Source: a virus (taxonomy: Duplodnaviria > Caudoviricetes). Taken from it: a stretch of 64,000 nt of DNA. Every line of letters starts with the position of its first letter. The stretch's first letter is position 1. The notes beneath the pieces were generated by a model that saw only the letters and a list, made by a program, of their open reading frames with translations, was not told the DNA's origin and ran no database searches. Made by a program: the position numbers and the translations under genes. Positions 1 through 8,548 of this stretch are shown here, piece after piece. Location of the stretch: the IMG/VR virus record IMGVR_UViG_3300023047_000002; one strand, given 5' to 3'.

Positions 1-3
1 GAT

Positions 4-216
4 GTGTCAACCATAAAGTGTACTCTCGCAGAGACTTGTTTTGTTATGGTTCCTCGTAATGATCCACATATGCCTGAGAGCTGGAAATCGATTATATACC
101 CTAAGACACCAAACGTTACGTTTTTCCCATATCACACATTGAAAGCAATCGGGCTTCCTGCAATACCTAAACTAGAAGACACAATAAACAACCTCACTTG
201 TGGTATTCAGCAATAA
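4..216 (+). CDS. hypothetical protein, probably the 3' end of a gene starting before the window
   Basis: Open frame at the window edge ending at TAA 214-216; no recognisable motif. Confidence 0.4.
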   Translation: MSTIKCTLAETCFVMVPRNDPHMPESWKSIIYPKTPNVTFFPYHTLKAIGLPAIPKLEDTINNLTCGIQQ

Positions 217-339
217 CCTCTAGGATAGTGATAAGTATTTTGTTTGCCCTGTAGCACTTGCTTTTATCAGATCCCTTGTATTGGTTTTTGCCCAATCAAA
301 GTTGTGAGCATAAAACCACCACGTTTGGAGAATTTGAGT

Positions 340-1800
340 ATGGCAAAACGTAAAACGAAGAGCGATGAAATTGTGAGTACGGTTTCGTTGGAAACCCCTG
401 TAGAGAACATGGAAACACTGGTTGATCCACCTGTAAGGAAATCAAGAAGGGTTAAGACCGAGAAAATGGAAACGGAGAAGACTGCATGTTCGTCCTCTGA
501 TGAGGAGTCTTTACTTCTTGTTGCTGATTCAGAAGTAAAGGAATCTGAACCTCAGGAGTATTCGCATGAGGTTACGGAAACAGAAACAGAGGAACCTGAA
601 CCTTTCCGTATTGCTTCTGTTCCTTGTAAGCCGAAAGAGTCTGACGGTGATGATTCTGTGATACAGCTTGTGCCAGATACTGATGTGCCGGCACAAGCAG
701 ATGCGTATGATGAGCCTGAACCTTTTCGTGTGGTTGATGTTCCGCCAAACAGCATAGCGTCTGATGATTACGATGCATGTCAGAGCATTAGCGTTCCTGT
801 TACGGAGAAACGTAAGGATGAGGGTTACCTTCGGTTAAACAGACCTAAACTCGGTATGCTTATGGTTAAACAAGAACTTGAGGACTCAGTCGAAAGTGAT
901 GATATTTCTTTAGTCAGTGAATCTGATGAGAATGATTCCGATGAAACTCATCCTGATACTGGTGATGCTTCACAGCAGGATATGGATGATTTCTTTGTCG
1001 TTCACAGGCGTGTGTCTTCTGATGATGTTCCTCAGGATTACGATGAACCTGATGAAACGATTCCAGATGATTTCGCTGATGAACCGAGTGATTATTTGGA
1101 TGACGGTGATGTCGAAGAACCTTGTGACCCGGATAGTTCATCTTATCCACCGTGTCTTGGAGCACCTGTTTATCCTGTGTCTATTTGTAAGGGTGTTTCT
1201 GATTTACCGTTCGTCAAAAAGTCTTCGTCAGACAAGTGCTATCTTGTACCTGGTGGAAAGAATGAAAAGTTGCGTTTCGAACACTCTTATACGGTGAAGA
1301 AATCACGTCCTTACAGACGCGATGTGAACTCTGAGCTTGAGGATACGTGCATTGCTGATATGCCTTATTACTGCTTCGATGGTCACGTTGTAGGCATGGC
1401 CAATGAGTTCGATCCGCTGTCTGGTATGTACGCGAATGAGGTCTACACGACACGCGGTGTGTATTTTTTCAGAACTTGTTCCGAATTGCCTGATCGTTCA
1501 TGTTCGTATGATGACTTTTTCCAGGCGATTTTGAATTCCGTCATTCTCTACGATGCAGAGTTTACTCCGTTATGTGATTTGCCTGGATATGACTGTGATT
1601 CTGTGGACAGCGAATGCGATGACATTTCCGTTGTGTGTATGGGTGTTCTTGAGGTGTGTGGTGTTCGCTATGGTATGCGTTCAGATTGCACGGTTGATTT
1701 TGAAAGCGTGATTAGAGCTTTGTGGGAAATCATAAACACAGATGACTCTGATGAAGATCTTGGATTTTATCGTGCGTACTTTAAACTTTTAGGAGACTGA
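340..1800 (+). CDS. acidic, low-complexity hypothetical protein
   Basis: ATG 340 follows GGAG; D/E-rich N-terminal two thirds with the internal repeat EPEPFR(I/V)xxVP. Confidence 0.75.
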   Translation: MAKRKTKSDEIVSTVSLETPVENMETLVDPPVRKSRRVKTEKMETEKTACSSSDEESLLLVADSEVKESEPQEYSHEVTETETEEPEPFRIASVPCKPKESDGDDSVIQLVPDTDVPAQADAYDEPEPFRVVDVPPNSIASDDYDACQSISVPVTEKRKDEGYLRLNRPKLGMLMVKQELEDSVESDDISLVSESDENDSDETHPDTGDASQQDMDDFFVVHRRVSSDDVPQDYDEPDETIPDDFADEPSDYLDDGDVEEPCDPDSSSYPPCLGAPVYPVSICKGVSDLPFVKKSSSDKCYLVPGGKNEKLRFEHSYTVKKSRPYRRDVNSELEDTCIADMPYYCFDGHVVGMANEFDPLSGMYANEVYTTRGVYFFRTCSELPDRSCSYDDFFQAILNSVILYDAEFTPLCDLPGYDCDSVDSECDDISVVCMGVLEVCGVRYGMRSDCTVDFESVIRALWEIINTDDSDEDLGFYRAYFKLLGD

Positions 1801-1801
1801 G

Positions 1802-2035
1802 ATGAAAAAAGATAACGTGTTTTCTTATGTGTATGAGAATACAGACTTGTCTGTATTCCATGAGTATCCGAATAATGTGTCCATTGTGTGTTCTGACGGT
1901 AGTGTTCAGAACATCGTGAACATGCACTCAAAGTCTCTTGGCGATGTGATTACTCGTGTGAACGCTCAGGACATTACGTCTTTTGAGTTTGACCGAGAGG
2001 GTGTTCAGACGGTAGTTGTGCTTCCGGATGAGTGA
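1802..2035 (+). CDS. hypothetical protein
   Basis: AGGAG RBS; abuts the upstream stop. Confidence 0.65.
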   Translation: MKKDNVFSYVYENTDLSVFHEYPNNVSIVCSDGSVQNIVNMHSKSLGDVITRVNAQDITSFEFDREGVQTVVVLPDE

Positions 2036-2041
2036 CTTTCG

Positions 2042-2081
2042 TGGTGCTGTGTGCTCTGTTACTTTAGTTTTGTGTTAAAAG
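2042..2081 (+). promoter_or_regulatory. TGGTGCT-N27-TAAAAG promoter (recA)
   Basis: Member of the 13-copy fixed-spacing motif; TGn precedes the -10. Confidence 0.6.
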
Positions 2082-2146
2082 GCATGATGAGGTAAAGGCG
2101 TCATGCCTTTGTTTTCACTGTCACATTTATTTTGTTCGGAGAAGTT

Positions 2147-3457
2147 ATGCCAAGAGTGTCTGCAAAAAGTACGGTAAAGAAGAGTTCATCACGTGGTGCG
2201 AAGAAGGAAACGTCAGATGCTGCGATTGAAAAGAAAACACGGAAATCCAGTAAATCAAGTAAACAAGACGAGCCCGTCGCAAATGAAGTTGTAAACGACA
2301 CTGAAGAAATCATTGAGGAGACTATTACAGAAGTAACAGAAGACGGTGAGCAGGTTTCTGTTCGTGTTACGAATGATTCCAATGCAGGTAAGGATGTTCA
2401 GATTGAGGATTCTGAGTGGGATGATGATAATCAGAAAGACTTGGATGCGTTTAATGCAATGCCGGAGGCACGTAGGAAGTACTATGACAATCTGACTGCT
2501 GCTGTTCTTCGAGAACGTAAGTATATAAAGTCTGGAAGTTTTGTACTCGACGCAATACTGTCTGATGGTCAAGGAATTCCTACAGGAACGTTCATTGAGC
2601 TGACTGCACCGTATGCTGTAGGTAAATCAAGTCTCCTCTTATTCATGTGTAAGAATCTTTGTGATCAAGGATATCGTTGTGCTTACATCGACACTGAGCG
2701 TGGATTGAACGACAGACAGCTTGCGAGTTTTGGCCTTACAAACCATACCAAGTCTCGAATGTTCTTACCGATGACTATCGACACGTTTGAAGAAATTGAT
2801 GAATTCTTATGCAATGCTTTGACTGATGATACGTTGAAATTTATCGTTGTCGATTCTTTGACGGCTGCTTCTGCGTCAGACATGATTGAGAAGGAAACTG
2901 GTCAGAGTCAGACATTGGCTATCCATGCACGTACAATTTCTTCGTTTTTACGACGGTTTAGGTCTAAATTCGGAACATCCGACAAGACTATATTTTTTGT
3001 GGCACAAAACCGAAAACAGTTTACTCAGTTCGGGGCACAGGACGGTGCAGCCGGTGGTGAGGCACAGAAGCACTACATGGATATCACTATCAGAATGAAG
3101 TTGAAAGACAAGCTGTCACGCAATATAAAAGGCTCTTCTGAGAAAATACAGTATGGGACAGTATGTTCGATTGTGTGCGACCCAAAGAATCGTTTTTGCA
3201 ATCCACGCATTCCTATGAATATTACGATTATTTGGGGAAAAGGTGTCTCAAATGCAGCCGCACTTTATGATGCTTTGGTAAGTCAGGGTAAAGTTGTTCA
3301 GAAAGGTTCATTTTACATGGTTGAGGGTGTCGATGGACGTGAAGAGCAGTTTCGTGGTAAGGAGGCAGCTGTGTTCTATATCTCACAGCATTCAGATTAT
3401 TACATAAGACTTGTTGAACGTCTTGGTGGTATCAGGCTTCCTAAAGTTTCAGGATAA
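2147..3457 (+). CDS. recA: RecA/UvsX-like recombinase with a charged N-terminal extension
   Basis: LDAILSDGQGIPTGTFIEL, Walker A APYAVGKS, YIDTE, Walker B IVVDSL, VAQNR, GGEAQKHY; RBS GGAG before ATG 2147. Confidence 0.9.
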   Translation: MPRVSAKSTVKKSSSRGAKKETSDAAIEKKTRKSSKSSKQDEPVANEVVNDTEEIIEETITEVTEDGEQVSVRVTNDSNAGKDVQIEDSEWDDDNQKDLDAFNAMPEARRKYYDNLTAAVLRERKYIKSGSFVLDAILSDGQGIPTGTFIELTAPYAVGKSSLLLFMCKNLCDQGYRCAYIDTERGLNDRQLASFGLTNHTKSRMFLPMTIDTFEEIDEFLCNALTDDTLKFIVVDSLTAASASDMIEKETGQSQTLAIHARTISSFLRRFRSKFGTSDKTIFFVAQNRKQFTQFGAQDGAAGGEAQKHYMDITIRMKLKDKLSRNIKGSSEKIQYGTVCSIVCDPKNRFCNPRIPMNITIIWGKGVSNAAALYDALVSQGKVVQKGSFYMVEGVDGREEQFRGKEAAVFYISQHSDYYIRLVERLGGIRLPKVSG

Positions 3458-3479
3458 GATGTCCACAATAAGGCGAGAT

Positions 3480-3513
3480 GAAGCCCACCCGATAAAGTGG
3501 GTGGGTAATTCAC
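3480..3513 (+). repeat. palindrome resembling an IS200/IS605 end
   Basis: GAAGCCCACCC-gataaagt-GGGTGGG-TAATTCAC; subterminal hairpin ending in TTCAC. Confidence 0.5.
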
Positions 3514-3584
3514 TCTTTATAAAAATCGAGCATGAATCCGATTCGAGTGTTGTACATGCGTTTTCAGTGATTGAGATTGCTGCT

Positions 3585-4151
3585 ATGCTTCCTTACAGTA
3601 TCGTTGGTATTGACCCGTCATTCTCCCGAACGGGTCTTTGTTGTGTTATGCAGGATGGATCTAAAAGAGTACTGTTCCATAATATCTCTCATCCGATAAC
3701 AGGAAAAGCATCTGTTGACGGCACTGTAAAACGTGGGTTTCATTCCGTGTTTGAGTCTGCTTTTGCGTTGGCGAACGATGTCACATCTTGGGTTATGTCT
3801 TTTGAGCCTGTACGTGTCGTAATGGAAGAACCTCTACCTGCAAGTTCTATGTCACCTGCGTTGTACTGCTTGGATTCGTTGATTTTTGAGCGTATTAAAG
3901 ACCATGTGTTACAGACGTACAATCCGTCAACTCTGAGGACTATCCATTCAAAACGCGATTACACAAAAACGGACTCTGTGAACAGGGCAACAAAGTTGCT
4001 TGAACGGTTCCATGCTGCCGGTTGGAGTGTTCCGATAGTTTCAAAGACAGGGAAGATCCGTCCGCCATGTCACGATTGCTGTGAAGCATTCTTGTACATC
4101 TGTCATTACCTGAATACACATGAAATGGACTTAAAAACTTTGACTTTCTGA
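3585..4151 (+). CDS. RuvC-like Holliday junction resolvase (RNase H fold)
   Basis: IVGIDPSFSRTG near ATG 3585, VVMEEP, and a C-terminal HDCCEA helix; the longer ORF from 3411 overlaps recA and a palindrome. Confidence 0.75.
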   Translation: MLPYSIVGIDPSFSRTGLCCVMQDGSKRVLFHNISHPITGKASVDGTVKRGFHSVFESAFALANDVTSWVMSFEPVRVVMEEPLPASSMSPALYCLDSLIFERIKDHVLQTYNPSTLRTIHSKRDYTKTDSVNRATKLLERFHAAGWSVPIVSKTGKIRPPCHDCCEAFLYICHYLNTHEMDLKTLTF

Positions 4152-4162
4152 TTTGAGGATCT

Positions 4163-4579
4163 ATGAGTGCTACGTTATACGTCAAGTTTCCTGAAAGTCA
4201 TTACGGCGGTTTTCCATGCTACGTGATGCCAAAACACATTCTGGATTCTGGGTACTGTTCCTGCATTTCTGACGGATGTGTTGAGTTAGGCAACATCACA
4301 GGCAATCTAGTCACGATGTGTCAGCATGTTCCTGTAAGCGAAACGGAATCGTTGTACGATGCGATTTGGCATACTGGCGAACATGGTTACACGACACAAG
4401 ATTTGTTGCGTATGTACACTGAAGCAGATACATTTGTGCTTCTACATAAGGAAATTCTGTCTGAGTATGATGCTGATAATGGATGGGGCACAGTGAGTTC
4501 ACTGCGTAATTTTCTTGGACAATCCATAGAAATCCTAAAGATTTTCGATGGGTTCCCGTGTTGTGTAATTCGTAATTGA
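4163..4579 (+). CDS. hypothetical phage protein
   Basis: GAGGA RBS; contains a YDADNGWG motif. Confidence 0.65.
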   Translation: MSATLYVKFPESHYGGFPCYVMPKHILDSGYCSCISDGCVELGNITGNLVTMCQHVPVSETESLYDAIWHTGEHGYTTQDLLRMYTEADTFVLLHKEILSEYDADNGWGTVSSLRNFLGQSIEILKIFDGFPCCVIRN

Positions 4580-4592
4580 AGAGGAGGTTTTA

Positions 4593-4805
4593 ATGAAAAA
4601 TCCGTATTACTGCAAGCAAGGGTATGAGGCGATAGACATTATTGAAGCGTATGGCTTGAACTTTTCTTTGGGCAATACGTTGAAATACCTGCTACGAGCC
4701 GGTGTTAAAACCGATGACCCATTGCCAGATCTGCGAAAGGCACTTGACTATCTTCAACACGAAATCCGTCGTATTGAGCAGAGCAAAGAAACGGGCAAAC
4801 CGTGA
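4593..4805 (+). CDS. DUF3310-like small phage protein
   Basis: NPYY..GYEAIDII..LNFSLGNTLKYLLRAG.K....DLRKALDYL pattern; GAGGAGG RBS. Confidence 0.8.
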   Translation: MKNPYYCKQGYEAIDIIEAYGLNFSLGNTLKYLLRAGVKTDDPLPDLRKALDYLQHEIRRIEQSKETGKP

Positions 4806-4900
4806 AATCGAAATTTCGTTGTGTTGCTTACTAATTTTTCTTGCGTGTTTACGAAACACGGAGTATCAAAGCATTCGAACAAGGACGATTGGTTTAGTCC

Positions 4901-4929
4901 TTGATTTAACACGTCCGATAGGATATATT
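4901..4929 (+). promoter_or_regulatory. sigma70-like promoter upstream of HU
   Basis: TTGATT-N17-TATATT. Confidence 0.45.
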
Positions 4930-4943
4930 ATAGGGGCATGGTT

Positions 4944-5291
4944 ATGAAAAAATCAGACATTATTGGAACTGTTTCTGAGTTCTTAAAAGTTAATGGTGAA
5001 GACCTTTCCAAGAAGAAAATCGAACTCGTTTACGATGCAATCATCAATGAGTTCGCAAGACTTCTTAAGTCAGGTGAAGACGTTGCGTTGAACGGGATCG
5101 GCATTCTCAAAGTTCGTGAACGAGCTGCCCGTGAAGCACGTAACCCGAGAACTGGCGAAGCTCTTCACATTCCTGCTCAGAAAGCAGTTGTGTTCAAGCA
5201 GTCTGCCGTCATTAAGAATGCGTTAAATTGTGAAGTCAAATGCGAGAAAAAAGCAGATAAGAAACCTTCCAAGAAAGCCGCAAAGAAGTAA
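4944..5291 (+). CDS. hup: HU/IHF-family DNA-binding protein with a Lys-rich tail
   Basis: MKKSDII..., VALNGIGILKVRERAAREARNPRTGEALHIPAQKAVVFK. Confidence 0.92.
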   Translation: MKKSDIIGTVSEFLKVNGEDLSKKKIELVYDAIINEFARLLKSGEDVALNGIGILKVRERAAREARNPRTGEALHIPAQKAVVFKQSAVIKNALNCEVKCEKKADKKPSKKAAKK

Positions 5292-5317
5292 TGTCGGTGA
5301 CTATTAGGTCTGACGTT

Positions 5318-5350
5318 AAAGGGGCAAACCAAATGGTTTGCCCCTTTTTT
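5318..5350 (+). terminator. intrinsic terminator
   Basis: AAAGGGGCAAACCA-aa-TGGTTTGCCCC followed by T6. Confidence 0.85.
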
Positions 5351-5352
5351 CG

Positions 5353-5392
5353 TGGTGCTGTTTGCTTCCGTCGTGTGTGTTTGTAGTATCTT
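5353..5392 (+). promoter_or_regulatory. TGGTGCT-N27-TATCTT promoter
   Basis: Fixed-spacing motif directly after a terminator. Confidence 0.65.
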
Positions 5393-5457
5393 CACAATGA
5401 TTCGAGTCTCTTGTTTAGAATCCTTAATGCTTCATATCTTTCTTTCAGGAGCTGGTT

Positions 5458-5835
5458 ATGAATATTGTCCTTTCTTTTTCTGAAAAACAAATGGCTGACT
5501 TGTGTAAAGCTGCTTCTGACCGTAATGTTACACTTGAAGAACTTGTTTTGTCTTGCTGTCTAAACGTAACTTTACCAGCCACATCAAATGAAGGTAACTC
5601 ACGTATTCCATCTCAGATAGGTGAACGTGTTTCTTCGCTTGGTGGCCTGTTTTCTTTCACAATACCTGTAAGAGCTCCTGTTTCATCCAATGCTCAAGAT
5701 CATCAGGAATCTTTAGACAAGAAGGTTCAAGACTTTCATGATAACGAAGATGATGTGAATGAAATTGTTGTCGAATATGAAAGTGAGGAAGAGCTTAACG
5801 AACACCTTGCAGCAATGGATAACGGGTTTTTCTAA
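5458..5835 (+). CDS. hypothetical protein (possible N-terminal ribbon-helix-helix)
   Basis: AGGAG RBS; N-terminal strand-helix-helix pattern; acidic C-terminus. Confidence 0.6.
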   Translation: MNIVLSFSEKQMADLCKAASDRNVTLEELVLSCCLNVTLPATSNEGNSRIPSQIGERVSSLGGLFSFTIPVRAPVSSNAQDHQESLDKKVQDFHDNEDDVNEIVVEYESEEELNEHLAAMDNGFF

Positions 5836-5853
5836 TTTTGGAGTTTATCTAAC

Positions 5854-7011
5854 ATGACCACATACATCTCACGTTCACTTGTGGAACATGCACGTGACTT
5901 TGACGTTTCACTTTCCAAGGCACCTACCGATTTTTACCGATACTCAAGCACACCAACACCTTATTACCTATTCACGTTTCAGAAACCAGGAATCGGCTCT
6001 GTTCTGATGAAATCCCGTGTTCCATGTACGTACTTTAAATACAGTGGAATTGTACCGTATCTTGATGTTATGGACGGGTGCGATAATTTGTCGTACACTG
6101 AGCGTGTCTACCTCACATGCGAACACACTGCGTTTTGCAATGATACTGACCGTTTCGGTCTTAGCCTTGACGAACTTAAGAAGCACTCATTGAAAAACCC
6201 AGTCACCGTTTTCGACAAAATACAAAGTGTTTATCCTGTGTACCACAATATCCCTCTCGTTGGATTTATGTACAGCTTTTTGTCGTCGTTGTCGAAGTCT
6301 ACAGAACGGAACATTGTGTGGTTATCTGAACATGGCGTCCGTTATTACGATACGTATTATGGTCTTGAAGTGTCCTATGTTCAGGGCGATGTCGAAGTTT
6401 ATACTCCTTTTCCAAAAGTTAGTGTGTCTTCTGTTTGCCGTGATTACGGGCTCTATGTGTATCTGGAAGATAACTGGTTCATTGCTTGCGATAAAAGTGA
6501 AACACCAATGTCTATTTACACTGACAGGCGCGGGTTGCTTTCTGACAAACTTGGATCGCCGCGTAAAGAGTTCTTCGGCACGGATCTGTCTCTCATGTGT
6601 GGGTTTACGATTCATGTGCCGAAAGCCAAGAATGAATCAGCCAATGGAAGTTTCGTTCCGTTCCCAAAGACCATGAAACTGATTCATGGTCTTGTCGATG
6701 GAAAACTTAAACTGTGTTATTACGACGAAAACAATAATGTGATTGAAACTGTTATGTGTGATGCACCGTTCGCAGACAACCTGTTGTTTGACGTGGTACC
6801 TATGGGATCATACCACAACTCTGTAATTGACTTTTTTAGAAACGGGTTCGATGGTCTGGTCTATCTGTACCGTGATATGTGTGATGGGAAACGGTACATG
6901 TGCGTATGCCTTGATGCGGTTTACACTCAAGACTTGGGTAATGGTTTTCGACGTATGTCTCCTGATAATAACAAACCTGTTTGTGTTCGATTCTTTTCAC
7001 GAATCGACTAA
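5854..7011 (+). CDS. hypothetical protein
   Basis: 385 aa ORF with GGAG RBS; no motif recognised. Confidence 0.7.
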   Translation: MTTYISRSLVEHARDFDVSLSKAPTDFYRYSSTPTPYYLFTFQKPGIGSVLMKSRVPCTYFKYSGIVPYLDVMDGCDNLSYTERVYLTCEHTAFCNDTDRFGLSLDELKKHSLKNPVTVFDKIQSVYPVYHNIPLVGFMYSFLSSLSKSTERNIVWLSEHGVRYYDTYYGLEVSYVQGDVEVYTPFPKVSVSSVCRDYGLYVYLEDNWFIACDKSETPMSIYTDRRGLLSDKLGSPRKEFFGTDLSLMCGFTIHVPKAKNESANGSFVPFPKTMKLIHGLVDGKLKLCYYDENNNVIETVMCDAPFADNLLFDVVPMGSYHNSVIDFFRNGFDGLVYLYRDMCDGKRYMCVCLDAVYTQDLGNGFRRMSPDNNKPVCVRFFSRID

Positions 7012-7016
7012 CCGGT

Positions 7017-7592
7017 TCACACGGTCTCGTCCCAGAAAGCCGCCTCTGTGTCTGCCTGTTGAAGCATGATTAGCAAGCGGCTTTTTCGCATTGCATTGTT
7101 CAAAGCAATCATTTCATTTGAACCAATCATCAGGCCGAAGTTGCCCATGTGCCATCTAACGGCCAGTGCTTCATCGTTCGTAAGATTAATGTGCCGCTGT
7201 ATCAGAAACAGACTTTTTTCACCATGTCCCAATGGGAATTGGTCGTCAAACGTGTAATAAGGCACTTTTACCCACTTGCCGTTTTCGTCTTTAGTGTTTC
7301 GTAAGTCTTGCTTGTAAAAGTTTGCTTTGCATAAGTCATGGAACAGGGATACGATTGCCAGACTTTCTCGGCTTATGCCATCACATGCTGATACTTTTGT
7401 CATAATCCGTTTGTGTACGTTTAGACTGTGTAAGCACAGTCCGCCCTTGAAACAGCTGTGGTACTTTGCGGATGCAGGTGCCGTATAGAAGTCCGTAGTT
7501 TCAAGCCAGGAAAGCAAGTTTTCGACACCATCTCTGTGGATTTCGTTCTGGACAGTATTAACAAATTGATCATGGAGTATGTTCAAGTTCAT
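7017..7592 (-). CDS. HD-domain phosphohydrolase
   Basis: FYTAPASAKYH, GGLCLHS, LFHDLCK, GHGEKS, RWHMG, QAD; GGAG RBS. Confidence 0.85.
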   Translation of the reverse strand: MNLNILHDQFVNTVQNEIHRDGVENLLSWLETTDFYTAPASAKYHSCFKGGLCLHSLNVHKRIMTKVSACDGISRESLAIVSLFHDLCKANFYKQDLRNTKDENGKWVKVPYYTFDDQFPLGHGEKSLFLIQRHINLTNDEALAVRWHMGNFGLMIGSNEMIALNNAMRKSRLLIMLQQADTEAAFWDETV

Positions 7593-7783
7593 CTGATTCG
7601 ATTCTCCTTTGTTTGTCTTCTATCAGTTTTTAACATCGTTCTAGTCGGATGTGGTTAAACACACAGTAGTCTAAGGATCTTAAGTACTTTCCGCATAACT
7701 CATCTCTATGATCATGGCAAGCATAAATATCAGGACAATATCTAACTTGTGACGCACACCGCGTCTGCTGGACAGAATAGTAG

Positions 7784-8329
7784 ATGCCTTTAATAATGCT
7801 CGTCGTATACGTAAAGACGAATGCCGTTGTGGTTGGTGTACTTGTGATGAGACAGATGATGACATGGTATGAAGAAGAGGTTTTAAGGCTTAATAGAAGA
7901 GCAATCGCTTTTGTCACTGATCGTGGAGGACGTAAATATGAATGCCGTTGCGGTTGGTGTACTGGTGGAGAGACTGATGATGAATTGCTTCACGGTATAT
8001 GCTATGATGCAGGAACATTCGATGACATTGCTTGCCGCGTTTTTCATTATGAGCAAGATGTTTCATCGTTGAAAGGGTATTTCCGAATCATCGCATCGTT
8101 CCCTTGTCAAACTTGTGAGCTTGTCTTCGCAAGCATTCTTGGAGACCATGGAGAGTTAGTAACTTACGATGATGCACTGTCCTGTATGAAGTATCTGATG
8201 CAGGATTTACAGTCTGATGTTCATCAGTACATGATAACGTATCGCAAGGAAATTGATGGCGATGTGTTTGACGATTACGGGATGACACTTTATTCAAATG
8301 ACGGTTTGGGATGGGGTGAAGTTTTTTAA
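7784..8329 (+). CDS. hypothetical protein, start uncertain, possibly degraded
   Basis: Contains CRCGWC; a near-copy of that segment lies upstream in another frame. Confidence 0.4.
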   Translation: MPLIMLVVYVKTNAVVVGVLVMRQMMTWYEEEVLRLNRRAIAFVTDRGGRKYECRCGWCTGGETDDELLHGICYDAGTFDDIACRVFHYEQDVSSLKGYFRIIASFPCQTCELVFASILGDHGELVTYDDALSCMKYLMQDLQSDVHQYMITYRKEIDGDVFDDYGMTLYSNDGLGWGEVF

Positions 8330-8548
8330 CATTGGCGAACTTAAAATCCAACGTGACTTTCTCCAGATCTTTCTTTAGTTCTTTATGGGTACACTCCTTT
8401 TCATTGGTACGTTTTGTTTTAGACGCTTCAAAGAAAGTGTAGTCGGCTTGTGATAATAAAAATTCGAATCACATGGTTCCTCGTTATTCCAGTCCATATT
8501 CCATTTCACATTTCACGAAAACAGCAGAATACCTACAGGTGAAAAGTC

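Noticed and set aside
3411-3584. N-terminal extension of the RuvC-like ORF
   Set aside because: It overlaps recA and a palindromic element; the catalytic GIDP motif normally lies a few residues from the start, matching ATG 3585
7714-8474. TGA recoding suggested by in-frame TGA at 7750 (+) and ATG-TGA at 8474 (-)
   Set aside because: TGA, TAG and TAA all end well-supported genes with tight junctions elsewhere, and conserved genes are intact in code 11
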